The notes beneath the pieces are model-generated. The model saw only the letters and a list, made by a program, of their open reading frames with translations. It searched no databases and was not told where the DNA came from. A stretch of 64,000 nucleotides of DNA, taken from Spirochaetia bacterium (GTDB lineage Bacteria > Spirochaetota > Spirochaetia > SZUA-6 > Bin103). Within the stretch, counting starts at the first letter, position 1, and each line of letters starts with the position of its first letter. Below, piece after piece: positions 10,014 through 19,457 of the stretch. The stretch covers positions 96,001 through 160,000 of the forward strand of contig CBDBOV010000006.1 in assembly GCA_965208575.1 (NCBI GenBank), read 5' to 3'. Both the position numbers and the translations under genes were made by a program.

Positions 10014-10522
10014 GTCCGCTCCGATTCCGAGCCGTTACTGCCCGCGGAAGACGGCTTGAAACTCTGGCCCGCCTCGGCGGACGGGGCAACCTCGCTCACC
10101 GTCACGAAAGGGTTCTCCACGACAATTCCGTTATAGCGCTGATCGGGATTGAGGTCCTCGGAGAGCAGCTTCCGGCATCCGGAACGTTCCGCGGCGGCCA
10201 CGATCAGTGCGTCCCAATAGCTGATGCCGTAGCGCCTGAGCGTCTCGATGGCCCGTTCGACGAGTTGCGCGTCGATGTCGACGACGGATAACGCCCTGAT
10301 CGAGTTGACCGCGCTGCTCGCCTCCGCAGCGGTCATCGGATGTCGAATGCGGCGCGTCACCGCGTTGAAGAATTCGCCGAGTACCTGGACGGAGATGAAG
10401 CTGCTTTCCGCCAGGATGCCGTGCCTCAGAATCCTTTGCGCCACGGCCTGCTTGGCCGGCTCCGAGGCGTCGTATGCGTACACGGCGACGTTCGTATCGA
10501 GGAACTGCCTAGCGACGCTCAT
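10010..10522 (-). CDS. vapC: PIN-domain toxin with C-terminal extension
   Basis: FLDTNVAVYA, SYWDALIVAAA, LLSEDL, VENPF. Confidence 0.9.
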   Translation of the reverse strand: MSVARQFLDTNVAVYAYDASEPAKQAVAQRILRHGILAESSFISVQVLGEFFNAVTRRIRHPMTAAEASSAVNSIRALSVVDIDAQLVERAIETLRRYGISYWDALIVAAAERSGCRKLLSEDLNPDQRYNGIVVENPFVTVSEVAPSAEAGQSFKPSSAGSNGSESERT

Positions 10523-10742
10523 GCAGATCCTGTCGAGTCCAGCGGTGAGGCCCCATCGGACGGCTGAGCCGGGCGAACGAGTCATCGAGCGCGCGGACCG
10601 CCTGCTCCCGCGCTGCCGCGTCTCGCGCCGCCACCGATTCGAGGTACTCGCGCACCATCGCGGTCAGCGTGGTATTCCGGTCGACGGCGATCTTGCGCAC
10701 CTGCCGCACGATTTCATCGGCAACGCTCAATGTAATGTTCAT
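10509..10742 (-). CDS. RHH antitoxin (DUF6364-like)
   Basis: MNITLSVADEIV...WTRQDLHER; overlaps PIN gene; CCATAATA direct repeat upstream. Confidence 0.8.
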   Translation of the reverse strand: MNITLSVADEIVRQVRKIAVDRNTTLTAMVREYLESVAARDAAAREQAVRALDDSFARLSRPMGPHRWTRQDLHERR

Positions 10743-10891
10743 TCTGATCGCTCCTGTGGTGGATGGTACCATAATAAGGGTAAGCCATAATACGGTCCGA
10801 CGAGCGCGTGCGGGAACACCGCTCTACCGCAACGCGCCGCAGCCGTGGCAGAGTATGCGCACCGACTCGACATTGACCCTTGGGAGAGAAC

Positions 10892-11746
10892 ATGGCAGCA
10901 ACGACGAACAGCGAATCAGGCGCCGGGCGGCTGGCCGGCAAGGTGGCGTGGGTGACCGGTTCCTCGCGCGGCATCGGCCGGGTGGTGGCCGGCCACCTGG
11001 CGGCCCTCGGCGCACGGGTGGCGATCCACGGCACCAGCCCGACCTCCACGCGCGCCTTCGGCGAGGCCGACTCGCTGGACGCGGTGGCCGCGGAGGTCGC
11101 CGAGCAGACCGGCGCCGAGGTGCTGGCCGTGCACGGCGACCTGACCAGCGAGGACACCGTCAAGGCACTGTGCGGGCAGATTCGCGACCGCTTCGGCGCC
11201 ATCCACATCCTGGTCAACAACGCCGGCGGCGACATCGGCTCCCAGGGCACCACCGGCGAGCGCGCCGGCAAGCCGGCGTCCAACGACGCGCTCGGCATCT
11301 CGCTGGCCGACATCCGCACCGTCCTGGACCGCAACCTGCTCACCTGCATCCTGCCGTGCCGGCAGGTGGCGCCGGAGATGGCGGAGCGCGGGCGCGGCTG
11401 GATCGTCAACGTAGGCAGCGTCGCCGGCCTGCTCGGGCGCGCCTCGGAGGTGATCTACGGCTGCGCCAAGGCAGCCGTGCACCACTACACGCGTGCCCTC
11501 GCCGCCCAGTTGCGCCCGGTCAACGTGAACGTGAACGCCATCGCGCCGGGCGAGATCGTCACGCCGCGCTTCCTGGCCAGCCGCACGCCGCAGGCGGAGC
11601 GGCAGGTGGAGAGCGGCAACCTGACCCGCTACGGCTGGCCGGCCGAGATCGCGCGCACCGTGGAGTTCCTGGTCACCGACGACTCGTCCTACATCTCCGG
11701 CCAGGTGCTGCGCGTCGACGGCGGCGCCCAGCTCTGGCCCGCCTGA
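10892..11746 (+). CDS. Short-chain dehydrogenase/reductase
   Basis: TGSSRGIG, NNAG, YGCAK. Confidence 0.92.
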   Translation: MAATTNSESGAGRLAGKVAWVTGSSRGIGRVVAGHLAALGARVAIHGTSPTSTRAFGEADSLDAVAAEVAEQTGAEVLAVHGDLTSEDTVKALCGQIRDRFGAIHILVNNAGGDIGSQGTTGERAGKPASNDALGISLADIRTVLDRNLLTCILPCRQVAPEMAERGRGWIVNVGSVAGLLGRASEVIYGCAKAAVHHYTRALAAQLRPVNVNVNAIAPGEIVTPRFLASRTPQAERQVESGNLTRYGWPAEIARTVEFLVTDDSSYISGQVLRVDGGAQLWPA

Positions 11747-11757
11747 CCCGCGCGCCC

Positions 11758-11788
11758 AAACGAAAAGCGCCCCGCCGAAGCGGGGCGC
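11758..11788 (-). terminator. Rho-independent terminator of the minus-strand ABC operon
   Basis: Minus strand reads GCGCCCCGC-TTCG-GCGGGGCGC-TTTTCGTTT. Confidence 0.85.
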
Positions 11789-11830
11789 CTTCACCAGTCG
11801 CTCCGTAGGGCGACTCAGTTCTCAAGAACG

Positions 11831-13795
11831 TCAGTTCTTAAAGAACCACATGTTGGAGTAGTAGTTCATGGTCAGCCACGCTTCCGCCCACGGCGGCAGC
11901 ACGCGCGGCACGTTGCCCAGGTTGTTGCGCACTACCAGCGGATAGGGCGCCATGCCGACGACGCCGATGGTCCACAGCTTGTCGGCGTGCAGATCGAAGA
12001 TCTTGGTACGCACGTCGCGGTACTCCTGGCTGCCGAACAGCGTGGACTGCATGTCGGCGCGGCCCAACTGGTACAGCATGGCGAGGTCCTCCGGCGGCGG
12101 CTCGCCGATGCGGTCGGCCTCCGGCACGTTGCCGCGTTCGCCGCCCCACCAGGAGTAGAACCGGCCGGCGCCGCGGTGGCCGACACCCAGCATGCCGCCG
12201 TTGCCGGACAGGAAGTCGTACATCTCCATGCCCGAGGTGCGGGTGGCGCGCACGTCCATGGTGCCCTCGGTCTCCACCTGGCGGATCAGGTCGCTGTCGA
12301 GGGGGTTGAGCTTGATCTCCACGCCGACCGCGGCCCAGTCCTCCTTGACCAGCTCGTGGGTCAGGATCTCCTGCTCGCTCGCACCCTCCGCGCCGGCGTC
12401 GTAGGTGAGCGTGAAGCTCATCGGCTCGCCGTTGGACATCAGCCGCAGGCCGTCGCGGTTGCGCTTGTCCAGCCCGAGGGCGTCGAGCATGCTGTTGGCT
12501 TCATCGGGAGCGTAGCGGTTGTAGGGGTGATCCTCGCCCCACTCCGACTTGTAGAAGCTCACGTCGGCATTCAGGGTCGCCTGGCGCGGCACGGCCTGGC
12601 CGAGCCACACGGTCTCGTTGATCTCCACGCGGTCGATCGCCAGCGACATGGCGCGGCGGAAGTCGACGTTGTTGAACAACTCGCGCTTCACCGGATCGAG
12701 ATTGTCGAGCACGAAGGTGTAGGTAACGTCGCCGCCGTTGACGTGCGGAACGAGCTTGACCGTGTAGTTGCCGGTGCCCTCGTTCTGCTTCAGCAGGGGG
12801 AAGTCGCCGATGGTCATGGCGCCCGCGTAGTCCGCCTCGCCGGCGATCACCTTCAGCTTGTAGGTCTCGGCGTTGACGGTCTGGCTGACGATGCGGTCGA
12901 TGTAGGGGAGCTGCTGACCGGCCGTGTCGACCGCGTAGTAGAACGGGTTGCGTTCCCAGATGCGCACGGTGGTGGTGTGCTCCTTCCACTTCCACGGGTG
13001 CAGCGTCGGCTTGTTCACGTCCTTGGCCGGGCAGCAGAAGGTGTGGTGATTGTTGAACGCCTCCGCCCAGTTGTCGAAGCCCTCCTCCTTGGCCTTGGCG
13101 TCGGCGTTCGGGTTGTACTCGATGTGCCACTGCTTGAGCCAGGTGCTCGGCGCAACCACGGTCCAGTCGCTGCCGCGCCAGTGCAGCATGTTCAACACGA
13201 TGCGCGGATAGGGAACCTTGAAGTCGATCTGCACCGTGTAGTCGTCGATCGCGGTCACGGTGTCCACCTGGCCCGGGTAGCCCCAGGTGTCGATCGACTC
13301 GTGGTCATCCATCTTGTACTTCACGAACACGAAATCCTCGGACGTGAGGTCGTCGCCGTTGGACCACTTCATCCCCTCGCGCAGGTAGAGCGTGAAGGTC
13401 ATGAAATCGTCGCTCAGCTCGTACGCCTTGGCCTGGTCCGCCTCGATCGACCCGTCGAAGTTCATGCGCAGGGGATACTGGCTCCGCTCCGGCGAGTCGG
13501 CCAGGTCATTCCACGGGTGGTTGGCGTTGGCGAACACCTCTATGGTGCCGCCGTAGGTGCCGATCTCCTCGAGCGCCTCCAGCACCTTCGGCTCGATCGG
13601 CAGGCGCTCGTCCACCGGCGGCAACTCGCCCGCCGCGACCATCGCCGCCAGCATCGGTGCTTCCTTGTACTGGCCACCCATCGCCATGGCGGCTTCGCTG
13701 CTGGCGGTGTCTTCGCCTTCGCCACCCGCCCAGGCGGATGGTGCCATCAGAAGTGCCGCGCCTACCAGGACGGGCATCCATTTCGCAGTCTGCAT
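11831..13795 (-). CDS. ABC transporter substrate-binding protein, family 5
   Basis: Signal peptide, EAPMLA...GELPPVDERLP, LREGMKWSNG, GQQLPYID. Confidence 0.93.
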   Translation of the reverse strand: MQTAKWMPVLVGAALLMAPSAWAGGEGEDTASSEAAMAMGGQYKEAPMLAAMVAAGELPPVDERLPIEPKVLEALEEIGTYGGTIEVFANANHPWNDLADSPERSQYPLRMNFDGSIEADQAKAYELSDDFMTFTLYLREGMKWSNGDDLTSEDFVFVKYKMDDHESIDTWGYPGQVDTVTAIDDYTVQIDFKVPYPRIVLNMLHWRGSDWTVVAPSTWLKQWHIEYNPNADAKAKEEGFDNWAEAFNNHHTFCCPAKDVNKPTLHPWKWKEHTTTVRIWERNPFYYAVDTAGQQLPYIDRIVSQTVNAETYKLKVIAGEADYAGAMTIGDFPLLKQNEGTGNYTVKLVPHVNGGDVTYTFVLDNLDPVKRELFNNVDFRRAMSLAIDRVEINETVWLGQAVPRQATLNADVSFYKSEWGEDHPYNRYAPDEANSMLDALGLDKRNRDGLRLMSNGEPMSFTLTYDAGAEGASEQEILTHELVKEDWAAVGVEIKLNPLDSDLIRQVETEGTMDVRATRTSGMEMYDFLSGNGGMLGVGHRGAGRFYSWWGGERGNVPEADRIGEPPPEDLAMLYQLGRADMQSTLFGSQEYRDVRTKIFDLHADKLWTIGVVGMAPYPLVVRNNLGNVPRVLPPWAEAWLTMNYYSNMWFFKN

Positions 13796-13877
13796 AGCTG
13801 CTCCTTTTGATACAGAATTCCCTGCCACCCTATGCCATGCCGGCGGCTCGGTGCAAGATCGACCTGTTCCGGGAGGG

Positions 13878-14999
13878 CTACTTGTAGGGATCGGCCGCGT
13901 CGCGCATGCCGTCGCCCACGAAGTTGAAGCACAGCACCGTGAGCACCACCGCCAGCGCCGGAATCAGCAGCCACGGGTGCAGCGCCACGGTACGGATGTT
14001 GGAGGCCTGCTGCAGCGCCACCCCCCAGCTCACCACCGGCGGCTGCAGGCCGATGCCGAGGAAGCTGAGCGCGGTCTCGCCGAGAATCATGCCCGGCACC
14101 TCCAGGGTCAGGTGGACGATCAGGTAGCCGAGAAAGTTGGGCAGCATGTGCCGCACGATCACGTTCAGGCGGGTGGCTCCGCTCACGCCGGCGGCGGTCA
14201 CGTAGTCCTCCTCGCGAAGCTGCAGGATCTTGCCGCGCACGATGCGCGCCAGCCCGGTCCAGCCGATGATCGACAGGATCACGGTGATCAGGAAGTAGCG
14301 CCGCAGCGGCGACCAGTCGATCGGGATCGCGGCCGCCAGCGACATCCACAGCGGGATGGTGGGCAGCGACTGCAGGAATTCGATGGCGCGCTGGATCGCC
14401 ATGTCCACCGATCCGCCGATGAACCCGGACAGCCCGCCGAGCAGACAGCCGAGCACGAAGCTCATGGCGACGCCGAGCAGGCCGATGGAGAGCGAGATGC
14501 GGGCGCCGTGGATGATGCGCGACAGGATGTCGCGGCCGAGCTGGTCGGTGCCGAACAGGAACATCACGCCCGGTTCCTCGACCCCGAACAGGTGCCTGCT
14601 GGCCGTGAACAGGCCCAGCACCTTGTACTCGTCGCCGCGCACGAACAACCTGATCCGGTGCCGCTGCCCCGGGTCGATCTGGTATTCCATCAGCAGCGTC
14701 TCGGGGTTGCGCTGCCGGGTCAGGCCGTAGATGAACGGCGCCTGCAATCTGCCCTCGTGCAGGATGCGCACGCGCGTCGGCGGCGCCATGGAAAAGTCGG
14801 TACGGCTGGCTATCCTGTCGTACGGCGCTGCGAAGCCGGCGAACGCCGCGGCAACGTAGAGGATCGCCAACACGAACCAGGCGACCACGGCCAGGCGGTG
14901 CTTGACGAACTTGCGCCGCATCAGCGTCCAGCTCGAGGCGACGTAATACTGTTCGGCGGCGTCCGCGAGCTGCTCGGCGGTGGTTACCTGATCGGCCAT
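13878..14999 (-). CDS. ABC permease (DppC/OppC-like)
   Basis: FGTDQLGRDILSR, ETALSFLG, GDGMRDAADPYK. Confidence 0.93.
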   Translation of the reverse strand: MADQVTTAEQLADAAEQYYVASSWTLMRRKFVKHRLAVVAWFVLAILYVAAAFAGFAAPYDRIASRTDFSMAPPTRVRILHEGRLQAPFIYGLTRQRNPETLLMEYQIDPGQRHRIRLFVRGDEYKVLGLFTASRHLFGVEEPGVMFLFGTDQLGRDILSRIIHGARISLSIGLLGVAMSFVLGCLLGGLSGFIGGSVDMAIQRAIEFLQSLPTIPLWMSLAAAIPIDWSPLRRYFLITVILSIIGWTGLARIVRGKILQLREEDYVTAAGVSGATRLNVIVRHMLPNFLGYLIVHLTLEVPGMILGETALSFLGIGLQPPVVSWGVALQQASNIRTVALHPWLLIPALAVVLTVLCFNFVGDGMRDAADPYK

Positions 15000-15000
15000 G

Positions 15001-15996
15001 TCAGTTCTTCTGCTCGAAGCGGATGCGCGGGTCGACCACGACCAGCAGCATGTCCGATATCAGCGTGCCCACCATGGTCAGCATGCCGAGCATCAGGATC
15101 ACGCTGCTGGCCAGGTACATGTCCTGCTGGCGCAGCCCGTCCAACAGCATGGGGCCGATGGTAGGCAGACTCAGCACGATCGACACCAACGCCTCGCCCG
15201 ACACAATGCCCGGCAGCAGGTAGCCGATCGCACTGATGATCGGGTTGATGGCGATGCGCACCGGGTACTTGAACAGGATGTGCCGTTCATCGACGCCCTT
15301 GGCGCGCGCCGTGATCACGTATTGGCGGGAGAGTTCGTCGGACAGGGAGCTGCGCAGGATGCGGATCAGCCCGGCGGTGCCGGCCGTGCCGATCACGATC
15401 AGCGGCACCGGCAGGTGCTTCATCAGGTCCCAGACGCGCGCCAGGCTCCACGGCGCCGCCAGGAACTCGGGCGAGAACAAGCCGCCGGGACTCCACCCGA
15501 ACAGGCGCAGGGTAACGAACATCAGGATCAGCGCCAGCAGGAAATTGGGGGTCGCCAGGCCGATGAACCCGAACACGGTGCCGGCGTAGTCGCCGACCGA
15601 GTAGGGATGGGTGGCGGAGTAGATGCCGATCGGAACGGCGATGATGTAGGTGATGATCAGCGTGCCCAGCGACAGGATCACCGACAGGGTGAGCCGTTCG
15701 GCGATCAGGTCCGCCACCGAGTCGTTGAACGCCATCGACTCGCCCAGGTCGCCGCGCAGCACGATGTTGCCGATCCACTTCAGGTACTGCTCGTGCACCG
15801 GGCGGTCGAACGCGTAGCGCTCGTACAGGGCGCGCATCATCGCCTCGTCCACCGCGATGCCGCGCTGCTGCATCATGTGCACGAAGGTGGTGACGTAGTC
15901 TCCCGGCGGGAGCTGGATGATCATGAACGCCACCAGCGACAGCACCGCCAGCGAAAGCACCATGTAGAGCACCCGGCGGACGATGTACTGCGTCAT
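15001..15996 (-). CDS. ABC permease (DppB/OppB-like)
   Basis: MTQYIVRR, TARAKG, VVDPRIR. Confidence 0.93.
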   Translation of the reverse strand: MTQYIVRRVLYMVLSLAVLSLVAFMIIQLPPGDYVTTFVHMMQQRGIAVDEAMMRALYERYAFDRPVHEQYLKWIGNIVLRGDLGESMAFNDSVADLIAERLTLSVILSLGTLIITYIIAVPIGIYSATHPYSVGDYAGTVFGFIGLATPNFLLALILMFVTLRLFGWSPGGLFSPEFLAAPWSLARVWDLMKHLPVPLIVIGTAGTAGLIRILRSSLSDELSRQYVITARAKGVDERHILFKYPVRIAINPIISAIGYLLPGIVSGEALVSIVLSLPTIGPMLLDGLRQQDMYLASSVILMLGMLTMVGTLISDMLLVVVDPRIRFEQKN

Positions 15997-16073
15997 CAGC
16001 GCAGATAGTGGGCCATGCCCGCCGCACTTGTCCACCAGCCGGAGGCGGTCCGCGGGCGGCGGGAAGACGCGCT

Positions 16074-16207
16074 TCAGGCGAGGCCGATGGCGCGCAGCAG
16101 GGTTTCCTGCACGGTCAGCTCGTGGTCGAGCGAGCGCTCCGGCGGAGCACCACGTAGTCCTCAACCGCGTCCCTGAACGACGCGGCGAGATCTGCTACCG
16201 TGGTGCC
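16074..16207 (-). pseudogene. Two abutting gene relics: oxidoreductase-like 3' end (16074-16145) and HicB-like fragment (about 16151-16207)
   Basis: Minus-strand SLDHELTVQETLLRAIGLA* resembles Gfo/Idh/MocA C-termini; GTTVADLAASFRDAVEDY resembles the HicB core; both short and recognised by eye. Confidence 0.4.
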
Positions 16208-16363
16208 AACGCGCCACGCCCGCCGAGTCAAAGGGGTTGGCCTGACGCGGACGCTGCCGATCAGAGGATAACTCGTGAACGAGACGCCGCAGGAGCGCCC
16301 TCTCGTGTTCGTGATCGGAGACAACATTGACCGGGCCCGGCTGGTGCGCTAAATTGACGCACC

Positions 16364-16606
16364 ATGAAGACTGCCAGCGTTCGCGACGTGCAACACAATC
16401 TGAATCGGGTGCTCCGCTACCTCGAGCACGATGAGGAGGTGAGCATCACGCGACGTGGTCGAGTAGTTGCGAAACTGGTGCGGGCCGAACCCGCTGTGGT
16501 ACCGGTCGAACACCCCGACTACCTGGCTCGAGCCAGAACCATCTTCGCTCATCCCGCCGGGCCGCTACTCAGTCGCGTCATCGATGCCGATCGCGAGGAG
16601 AGGTGA
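16364..16606 (+). CDS. Phd/YefM-family antitoxin
   Basis: MKTASVRDVQHNL...EEVSITRRGRVVAKLV. Confidence 0.88.
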   Translation: MKTASVRDVQHNLNRVLRYLEHDEEVSITRRGRVVAKLVRAEPAVVPVEHPDYLARARTIFAHPAGPLLSRVIDADREER

Positions 16607-17043
16607 CCGATTTCTATCTGGATACGAGTGTTCTGGTAAAACTCTACTACCCGGAACCCGAATCCCAACGCGTTCAAGCCTGGGTGGGGCGCTACCGAAG
16701 AGCTCTTCCCTATACTTCGCTTCACCAGCTCGAACTGAACAACGCCTTGGCGCTCAAGCAGTTTCGAGGCGAGATCGATGCTGCTCAGGTTCGCCAATGC
16801 CAGGCTGCCGTGGAGGCAGATCTGGAGTCTGGTGCTCTGTTTCGACCTGTGTTGGACTGGGCGGAGATTTTCACGGTAGCAACTCGCCTCGCCAACCGCT
16901 ACACGGCCCAGGTCGGCGCGCGCTCGTTGGATGTCCTGCACGTCGCCGCCGCCGGGGCGGCCTCCTGCGGTGGGTTCTTCACCAACGACCCACGGCAGGC
17001 TCAACTCGCCCAGAGGGCAACGCTCACCGTCGAGAGCCTGTAG
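16603..17043 (+). CDS. vapC: VapC PIN toxin
   Basis: YLDTSVLVKLY, RSLDVLHVAAA, FFTNDPRQ; GTGA overlap. Confidence 0.92.
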   Translation: MTDFYLDTSVLVKLYYPEPESQRVQAWVGRYRRALPYTSLHQLELNNALALKQFRGEIDAAQVRQCQAAVEADLESGALFRPVLDWAEIFTVATRLANRYTAQVGARSLDVLHVAAAGAASCGGFFTNDPRQAQLAQRATLTVESL

Positions 17044-17212
17044 AGCGAGATTGCGACCACGACGGGGAGCGGAGCGCTGGCACAGCGGCCACCGGAATCG
17101 ACCAGGCCACCTTCGACCGGCTCAAGCACTCTGACGGCGGCGCAACCCACTCTATCAGCCCACCGGCGTTGTGCGACGGCAGAGCAGCAACGGAACCCGT
17201 ACAGGAGCAAGC

Positions 17213-18484
17213 ATGACCCAATCTACAACCGTATATCCGTTGTCGGCGGTGCGGGCCCTGGCGCTGCATGCACAGGGGTTAGGCGAACCGCTGCGGCGGG
17301 GCGGGCGGCCATCGGTGGAGGACGTGTATGACGCCATCGAGCGGGTTGGGTGGGTGCAGATCGACACCCTGCAGGTAGTGCGGCGGGCGCAGTACCTGAC
17401 CCTGTGGAGCCGGCTCGGCACCTACGATCCGGCCCACCTCGACCGGCTGCTGTTCGACGGCGGCAGCGGCGGACCGGACAACGGGCGGCGGCTGTTCGAG
17501 AACTGGATGCACGCGGCCTGCATCATTCCGCTGACCCACTACCGCCTGGCGATGCCGATGATGCGCCGGCGCGCGGAGGGCCGCAGCGGCTGGCACCGCA
17601 GGTGGGTGCGCGACCCCGCCCGTGCCCGGCTGCTGCGGCAGGTGATGGCGCGCATCGAGGCCGAAGGGCCGCTCCGTCCGGCGGACATCCGCACCGAGAA
17701 GAAGCAGCCCGGCACCTGGTGGAACTGGGACGACGCCAAGATCGCCCTGGAACACCTGTACGACACCGGCGCGCTGGCCATCTGCAACCGGGTCAACTTC
17801 CAGCGCGTGTACGACCTGCGCGACCGCGTGCTGCCGGCGTGGGTCGACCGCCACGAGCCGTCCCGCGAGGATGCACTGGGCGCACTGTTGGAGATTTCGA
17901 GCCGGGCGCTCGGCGCCTGCAGCGCCGCCCAGGTGGCACACTACTTCCATGCCAAGCAGGCCGACGCCCGGCCGCTGGTCGACCGGCTGCGGGCCGAGGG
18001 CCGGCTCGTCACCGTAACGGCGCGGCTGGCCGACGGCGCCGATCACGAACTGGTGGTGCGCCGCGACAACCTGGAGCTGCTGCAGCGCGCCGCGGACGGC
18101 GACCTGCGTCCGCGCCGCACCACCTTCCTGAGTCCGTTCGACAGCCTGTTCTGGGCCAACGGGCGCGACCTGCAGGTGTGGCGGTTCCGGCAGGTGCTGG
18201 AGTGCTACAAGCCCGGGCCGCAGCGCGAGTGGGGCTACTTCTGCCTGCCGATCCTGGACCGCGACCGCCTGGTGGGCCGCTTCGACCCGAAGCTGGAGCG
18301 CGCCACCGGCCTGCTGCGGCTCAAGAGGCTCTACCTGGAGCCGGGGGTCCGGCCAAGCGCCCGCCTCGCCACCTCCGTGGCGCGCGCCATGCGCGACTTC
18401 ATGCGTTTCCACGCCGCCGACGACCTCGCCGTCGAGCACTGCGATCCGCCGTGTTTCCGCGCGAAGCTGACATCAGCACTTTGA
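17213..18484 (+). CDS. ycaQ: YcaQ/AlkZ-family (winged-helix) crosslink-repair DNA glycosylase
   Basis: VQIDTLQVV (QxD), LSPFDSL, YKPGPQREWGYFCLPIL, GRFDPK. Confidence 0.88.
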   Translation: MTQSTTVYPLSAVRALALHAQGLGEPLRRGGRPSVEDVYDAIERVGWVQIDTLQVVRRAQYLTLWSRLGTYDPAHLDRLLFDGGSGGPDNGRRLFENWMHAACIIPLTHYRLAMPMMRRRAEGRSGWHRRWVRDPARARLLRQVMARIEAEGPLRPADIRTEKKQPGTWWNWDDAKIALEHLYDTGALAICNRVNFQRVYDLRDRVLPAWVDRHEPSREDALGALLEISSRALGACSAAQVAHYFHAKQADARPLVDRLRAEGRLVTVTARLADGADHELVVRRDNLELLQRAADGDLRPRRTTFLSPFDSLFWANGRDLQVWRFRQVLECYKPGPQREWGYFCLPILDRDRLVGRFDPKLERATGLLRLKRLYLEPGVRPSARLATSVARAMRDFMRFHAADDLAVEHCDPPCFRAKLTSAL

Positions 18485-18913
18485 TTCGCTGCCACACGGG
18501 CCACTTCCGCACTGCACCGATGAGGGCCGATGGTAAGCGTCCGCGCCTACAACGGACGCGACGGACTGCACCGAAATCCTCCGATTCCGCCGGGACATCG
18601 ACCGTACTGCGGCACTTGCGACGCCATTAGAATGATGGCTGCCATTTGCTTATATTCAGTTCCGTAGGATGATGCGCCGGATGACCCGAACTAGATCAGG
18701 ACTGCCGTCACCGGTCAGTACCGGTGCGAATCAGGTAGTGTACAGAAGCCAAAGACCGGCGATTCGGACAGACGGCGCCAGATCACGTGCGTCATCTTAT
18801 GGCCTCTCGAACGCATCAATCCAGTGCTCGACGATCAAGCTCAGGCATGGAAACTCTCTCCTTGATCCGGTAATCCACACCGCTAACGCGCTCACCCCCG
18901 TAGGACCCACAAG

Positions 18914-19147
18914 ATGCCACCAATACCTATACCGGATCCGTCCTTTCTCGATACGTGCGAGTACCTGGGTACGTTCTCCGGCGAAAAACGTTGGCGTTCT
19001 CATGATCGAAAGCGGTTGTACACATGGGATTCTTTACATGGAGAAATCGAGGTCTTCAATAGACGAGGCAAGCACTTGGGGGCTCTTGACGCTATCTCTG
19101 GGAATCTTAGGAAAGATGCCGTTAAAGGACGTCGGATAGATGTCTAA
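18914..19147 (+). CDS. Stand-alone colicin E3-like (Cytotoxic domain) rRNase toxin, 77 aa
   Basis: KRWRSHDRKRLYTWDSLHGEIEVFNRRGKHLGALDAISG...GRRI aligns by eye to colicin E3 YEWDSQHGELE..HLGSFDPKTG; D/H/E catalytic set retained. Confidence 0.85.
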   Translation: MPPIPIPDPSFLDTCEYLGTFSGEKRWRSHDRKRLYTWDSLHGEIEVFNRRGKHLGALDAISGNLRKDAVKGRRIDV

Positions 19148-19457
19148 CTTTCTCGACAGGTGCCTATCAGGTGACGCTCTCGTTGAAGACATAGATGATT
19201 ACATAGATGACTGGCATCAAGGTGACAGTGATCAGTCCTTGCACGAGTTCTTGGGCATGACTCCCAGCGAGTACCGTTTGTGGGTGAAGGATCCGAACTG
19301 TCTTCCGTACATCGTGAGTGCACGTGTACGAGGGCATGAATTGACCGAATCCTCCGAACGGCAGGATGAACTAGCATTCGCGGCGAGATCAGATCGTCTT
19401 CGCGGTATTCCGAAGAAATTGATCGCATGGTTGAAGGACGAAGGATTATGGGAATAG
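19140..19457 (+). CDS. Hypothetical acidic 105-aa protein (candidate immunity/antitoxin)
   Basis: Overlaps toxin stop by 8 nt and peptidase start by 10 nt; acidic VEDIDDYIDDWH. Confidence 0.75.
   Translation: MSNFLDRCLSGDALVEDIDDYIDDWHQGDSDQSLHEFLGMTPSEYRLWVKDPNCLPYIVSARVRGHELTESSERQDELAFAARSDRLRGIPKKLIAWLKDEGLWE

Noticed and set aside
17085-17135. GIDQATFDRLK resembling a ComEA helix-hairpin-helix end
   Set aside because: Only 11 residues, with no supporting ORF
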